This document shows positions 52,176 to 55,870 of a stretch of 55,870 nucleotides of DNA, in pieces. Location of the stretch: IMG/VR virus record IMGVR_UViG_3300011399_000002, positions 1-55,870 of that record; one strand, given 5' to 3'. Origin of the DNA: a virus. Its lineage: Duplodnaviria; Heunggongvirae; Uroviricota; Caudoviricetes. The first letter of the stretch is position 1, and every line of letters begins with the position of its first letter. The notes under the pieces were generated by a model. The model searched no databases and was not told the origin of the DNA. It worked only from the letters and a program-made list of their open reading frames with translations. The position numbers and the translations under genes are program-made.

Positions 52176-53476
52176 TGAATCTAATTCCATATAACGAAGA
52201 GTTTGAGCGAGCAGTTATCGTTGCTACTATCTCAGACCCACTCTTACTACCAAGGGTGCAACAAACAATCACAGCGGATGATTTCTTCAAGGCTCAGCAC
52301 AAGGAAATCTTCTCTGTCATTGAGGACATAGGGGTAGACAACTTAGACTCCTTAACCGTACAGGATAAACTAGCATCCGATACCAAGGACTATTTCAAAG
52401 AGTTGGTAGAGGATCAAACTAAATACCTACCGGGGATGAGCAACGTCCTCTATTATGCTGATACGATTAAAGGTAAGAGCCAGTTACGTGCTGGCATTGA
52501 ATTAGGTAGAGAGATTACTGCTCTATGCTATAATCCAGAGGCAGACTCAGATGAAACTCTGCGAGCATTAGAGGAACGTTTCTCCACATTCTTACAGCAA
52601 AAGATTCTTGACAACAAGATCGATTCTAGTGGTGAAGCCTTCAAGGATTTCATTTCTAACCTAGGTAAGAAAGCAGCCGATCCTAACGCAGTACGTTCAG
52701 GGTTCCAAGCCCTAGACCTTATGCTACACCGTCTAGAAGGGCTCCTAGTCCTCGCTGCCCGTCCGGGGATGGGTAAGACAGCATTCGCAATTAATATTGC
52801 ACGCAATGTTGCAGAATATAGACCTGTTCTTTTCTTCTCACTAGAACAAACCCGTGAACAAATCTTTGAACGTATGCTAGCAGCAGAGTCAGAGATAGGG
52901 TTAGAAGATATCAGGACCGGAGCATTTGCCGCAAGTGAAAGAGACACATGGGAGATTGAAGCAGCCAACAAGAGATTGCAATCTATTATGGATCGCATCC
53001 ATGTAGATGAGAAGGCAGAGGTTCCATCCTCCTACATATCAAGTGTAGCACGTCAGAAGAAGTATGAGTGGGGAGACATAGGGCTAATTGTAGTTGACTA
53101 CCTCCACATCATGAAGTTGAATAACAAGAGTACAGTCGATGCTCTTGGTGATGCCACAAAGGAAATCAGGGCGCTAGGAAAAGAACTAGATTGCCCTGTA
53201 TTACTGTTGGCTCAGTTATCTAGACAGAATGAGAACAGGAGCGAAGGGCGCAAGGCAAACAAGCGTCCAGAGTTATCTGATCTTAGATCATCAGGTGAGA
53301 TTGAACAATCAGCAGACGTAGTTATCTTCCTCTACAGGGATAGTTACTACGGTCAGTCAGGCTTAGCCCCGGATGACGACTTAGTAGAGGTTATTGTAAA
53401 GAAGCACAGAAATGGTAGACAAGGTATAGCCACAATGAAATGGCTACCAAAGTTTGTAAAATTTAAGGACTACTAA
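52175..53476 (+). CDS. dnaB: DnaB-like replicative helicase
   Basis: LAARPGMGKTAF, FFSLEQ, IVVDYL, LLAQLSR, RPELSDLRSSGEIEQSAD, KKHRNG. Confidence 0.97.
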   Translation: MNLIPYNEEFERAVIVATISDPLLLPRVQQTITADDFFKAQHKEIFSVIEDIGVDNLDSLTVQDKLASDTKDYFKELVEDQTKYLPGMSNVLYYADTIKGKSQLRAGIELGREITALCYNPEADSDETLRALEERFSTFLQQKILDNKIDSSGEAFKDFISNLGKKAADPNAVRSGFQALDLMLHRLEGLLVLAARPGMGKTAFAINIARNVAEYRPVLFFSLEQTREQIFERMLAAESEIGLEDIRTGAFAASERDTWEIEAANKRLQSIMDRIHVDEKAEVPSSYISSVARQKKYEWGDIGLIVVDYLHIMKLNNKSTVDALGDATKEIRALGKELDCPVLLLAQLSRQNENRSEGRKANKRPELSDLRSSGEIEQSADVVIFLYRDSYYGQSGLAPDDDLVEVIVKKHRNGRQGIATMKWLPKFVKFKDY

Positions 53477-53489
53477 GGGGGTCATCAAT

Positions 53490-53711
53490 GTGGCAGGAGA
53501 ATTTGTAGACTACGAGAGGGCACCGGGCTTCTGGTTCCTGTTTGAAATGGCTTTAGCTGTAGATATATGCAGACAACCCCTGCTTTCAGCAAAGTATGCA
53601 GAATATTTTGCTTACATAGGGGGCAGGGAAGACATATACAAGACGATGGATGAGGGATTACAAATTTATGAAATGGTAAATAGCAGAAAGAAATATACAG
53701 GATGGTATTAA
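53490..53711 (+). CDS. Hypothetical protein
   Basis: 73-aa GTG-start ORF between dnaB and the nuclease. Confidence 0.5.
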   Translation: MAGEFVDYERAPGFWFLFEMALAVDICRQPLLSAKYAEYFAYIGGREDIYKTMDEGLQIYEMVNSRKKYTGWY

Positions 53712-54356
53712 ATGGGTAGAATGGTTAATAGCAAGAGGAAATTTGTATGTAGTGCATGCAATGGCGTTCAAATGGTTTGGGAAGGCAAGTGCAGATCATG
53801 TAATGCTGTAGCTACGTTAGAAGAGGTAGCAATAAGTGCACCAAGAGTTAGATCAACGGCAACCGATGAGCAGAGAAGACTTAGACGTAGGGCTAAAGAC
53901 TCTGAGCGTGGAATTGCTAAAAGAATGGTGGCGGCAGATGGACCTGATCCATCGTTCAATAAAATTGCTTCCTCCACCGGAAGAATTGGACACATTACGG
54001 GTCTTAGAGTTGACGCTGTTAGCAGAACTTACGTCACTGAGAACAAGAATCGAAAGATGCCAACGTGGTTAATAGAGGCATGGGTACTGATAAATCAACG
54101 TGGTCAAGACTTTAATAAGCACGTCCTACTTCATGTTGATCCACCGAATATGCCAAGAGACTATCCTTCGCAAGGTCTAAAGAAGAAACTGGATACTATG
54201 GCGATCATAACACAAACACGCCATGAAAATTTAATTATTAAGGAGAAGGCTTTAGGTGAGTTAGAGAGAATATTATTCTCAGAAGTCAATATAGAGGCAA
54301 AACTCCAACAAGCCCAAGGTATCTTTAACTACGACGAATTGGACAAGTCATCTTGA
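53712..54356 (+). CDS. RadA-type Zn finger fused to a PD-(D/E)xK (Holliday junction resolvase-like) nuclease
   Basis: FVCSACNGVQMVWEGKCRSCNAVATLEEV; KDSERGIAK...VDAVSRTYVTENK. Confidence 0.6.
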   Translation: MGRMVNSKRKFVCSACNGVQMVWEGKCRSCNAVATLEEVAISAPRVRSTATDEQRRLRRRAKDSERGIAKRMVAADGPDPSFNKIASSTGRIGHITGLRVDAVSRTYVTENKNRKMPTWLIEAWVLINQRGQDFNKHVLLHVDPPNMPRDYPSQGLKKKLDTMAIITQTRHENLIIKEKALGELERILFSEVNIEAKLQQAQGIFNYDELDKSS

Positions 54357-54382
54357 AGTTCATCTAGCCAACATGATATGGT
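54353..54382 (+). promoter_or_regulatory. Sigma70-type promoter
   Basis: TTGAAG-18 nt-TATGGT with extended TG; shares spacer sequence with 48353. Confidence 0.55.
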
Positions 54383-54504
54383 ATTGTTAGACGGATAGGC
54401 CCCCTTGATAGGCGGGCTTAGGGCTTCCTTTTTACCTCATGAATGGGGTTTCACTATATGCGCGGTTCCGTTGTAAACAAGATGCATAATTACACGGAGG
54501 TTCT

Positions 54505-54699
54505 ATGCTTATTGGCGAAGTTTTTTGGGATGAGTTTATTAGATGGGCAGTACCGTTTGCAAAAGTAAAGCCTGATGCTGATATCTATGATGTTTTTGCT
54601 TGGATTAGAGAGCATCAGCAAGGGGCTTCGCCTTACTCTGAGTCTTTTCTTGCAAAGATAGATGCAGAGATAGAACGTGAGTTAGGCCCGTGGACATAG
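54505..54699 (+). CDS. Hypothetical protein
   Basis: 64 aa, SD GGAGG. Confidence 0.6.
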   Translation: MLIGEVFWDEFIRWAVPFAKVKPDADIYDVFAWIREHQQGASPYSESFLAKIDAEIERELGPWT

Positions 54700-54983
54700 A
54701 CACGATATATGCAGAGATAAACGGTTACTACTACCAACTGGAAAAACTACCAGAAGGTGAGCATCTAATTGATAGGTACAAGCAAGTAGTAGCAATCATG
54801 TTACGAGTAGCACATATCAGATCGGAGTTTGCATTTAGGGAAGTATTAGGCGTGGCTGATGCACCAGAAAAGAAATTCCGCACGATGGTTCTTGATCCAT
54901 TCATTGAGCGCTTACAGGAGTTAGCCCGCTATGAATCAAGAGCAATCACTGCCAAGGAAATTGAAGCAAAGATGGAGAGATAG
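54690..54983 (+). CDS. Hypothetical helical protein
   Basis: 97 aa, overlapping/coupled to its neighbours. Confidence 0.6.
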   Translation: MDIDTIYAEINGYYYQLEKLPEGEHLIDRYKQVVAIMLRVAHIRSEFAFREVLGVADAPEKKFRTMVLDPFIERLQELARYESRAITAKEIEAKMER

Positions 54984-55303
54984 TGAGCGACGAGTTATTC
55001 GCAAGCATCAACGGTTTTCTAGCCGGTAACAAAGAGGAAGAGCGCATCCTAAGTGAGGATGAAGTCGAGACTCTTATCCTAAGCCTTGCATCTGCAAGAG
55101 GAATTGAAGGCTTCGAAGAAGAGGAAGCATTTAAACTTGTGAAGTGGGCAGAGAATATCCGCATAGGTGAGGCTCTTCTTGACCTAACCTTAAAGGGATT
55201 AACCACTGCTGACTGGGATAAAGAGGTAGATGAGCCTAGATTCAAGGCTACTGACCTAGGTAGAGAGATTACACAGAAGGAGAACACCCGTGGGCTTAAC
55301 TAA
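54983..55303 (+). CDS. Hypothetical acidic protein
   Basis: 106 aa, coupled. Confidence 0.6.
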   Translation: MSDELFASINGFLAGNKEEERILSEDEVETLILSLASARGIEGFEEEEAFKLVKWAENIRIGEALLDLTLKGLTTADWDKEVDEPRFKATDLGREITQKENTRGLN

Positions 55304-55550
55304 CATGACGTATACCGATGACTCCGTACTTGTTTCTGTAACATGGAGAGGAGCATTGACTACGGCTTTTGTTTACCACAACCTAACAGGTATCTATGCC
55401 AAGGGGCATGCAAAGCATTTCGAAGAAGATCAGTACAGCCAAACTGTAGGCTCTGATCTTGCAGTCGCGCGAGCAAAGTCTCGGCTATACAGTAAGATTA
55501 GCAAGCATATTGCTAAGAATCCCATTGAGTCAATCGAGGACGTGATTTAA
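55290..55550 (+). CDS. Hypothetical phage protein
   Basis: 86 aa, SD AAGGAG; GHAKHFEEDQYSQTVGSDLAVARA. Confidence 0.6.
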   Translation: MGLTNMTYTDDSVLVSVTWRGALTTAFVYHNLTGIYAKGHAKHFEEDQYSQTVGSDLAVARAKSRLYSKISKHIAKNPIESIEDVI

Positions 55551-55551
55551 C

Positions 55552-55731
55552 TTGCCAACAGATCATCAAAGCAGACTAGCGGAGAAGATTTATAAGCGAC
55601 AGTGGAAACTAATGAATCGGGCGGGACAATTAGGGAGGCAGGGTGTGCATGGACCAGCAGAACAAAGTGAAAAGCGTCTACTCCGCACTACTAAAACGAA
55701 GGCGACACCTAAGAGTCATCGGCTTAAATAA
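55552..55731 (+). CDS. Hypothetical basic protein (59 aa)
   Basis: TTG-start ORF filling the gap. Confidence 0.4.
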   Translation: MPTDHQSRLAEKIYKRQWKLMNRAGQLGRQGVHGPAEQSEKRLLRTTKTKATPKSHRLK

Positions 55732-55740
55732 GAGGAAGGT

Positions 55741-55870
55741 ATGAAGAATTACGCTACTGATACTAGGGAGGGACGTTCAATTGTAATGAACCCTAACGAG
55801 GTTTGGGTATGCATGGTTCTTATTGAATTGTACGTTGCAAACCCCGGTGGATTTACAAATCTATTTGATA
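55741..55870 (+). CDS. Hypothetical protein, truncated by the window end
   Basis: SD GAGG/AAGG then ATG; frame is open to the end of the window. Confidence 0.45.
   Translation, partial: MKNYATDTREGRSIVMNPNEVWVCMVLIELYVANPGGFTNLFD

Noticed and set aside
25-55287. All minus-strand ORFs in the track
   Set aside because: They lie antisense to well-supported + strand genes, tRNAs or repeats, show no recognisable motifs, and none occupies its own gap.
5-55870. Genome-wide TAG reassignment
   Set aside because: Very long genes are intact in code 11, at least 11 genes end in TAG at sensible boundaries, and the read-throughs I checked do not fuse neighbouring ORFs.

Overview
This window is a 55.9-kb segment of a tailed, siphovirus-type dsDNA phage genome, and every credible gene is on the + strand. 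From left to right it holds: (1) a 1727-aa fibre/adhesin built on a 14-aa 'AQAQAWIEQTYNxF' repeat scaffold with inserted LamG and beta-sandwich domains; (2) a 7.7-kb tRNA array (18 tRNAs plus one aberrant tRNA-like RNA, all with encoded CCA), interspersed with small genes, an HNH nuclease, a pyruvyltransferase/glycosyltransferase pair and three candidate structured ncRNAs; (3) packaging and head genes (terminase, portal, protease/scaffold, capsid), with two glycosyltransferases inserted among the head-tail joining genes; (4) a tail module (major tail protein, chaperones with a -1 frameshift, tape measure, two Dit-like domains, Tal/hub, several receptor-binding proteins); (5) a GT4 glycosyltransferase, a C39-like peptidase and a holin; (6) a separately promoted replication/early module (gp32-like SSB, vWA protein, MTase, DnaB, Zn-finger nuclease). 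The most unusual signal is an amber (CUA) suppressor tRNA at 11938-12011. Two genes in the same array have a good ribosome-binding site and ATG followed by TAG at exactly codon 3 (7294 and 12191), while TAG remains a normal stop in at least 11 other genes. This suggests a suppressor-gated expression switch rather than genome-wide recoding. Protein calls rest on motifs and gene order read by eye; no database searches or folding programs were run.
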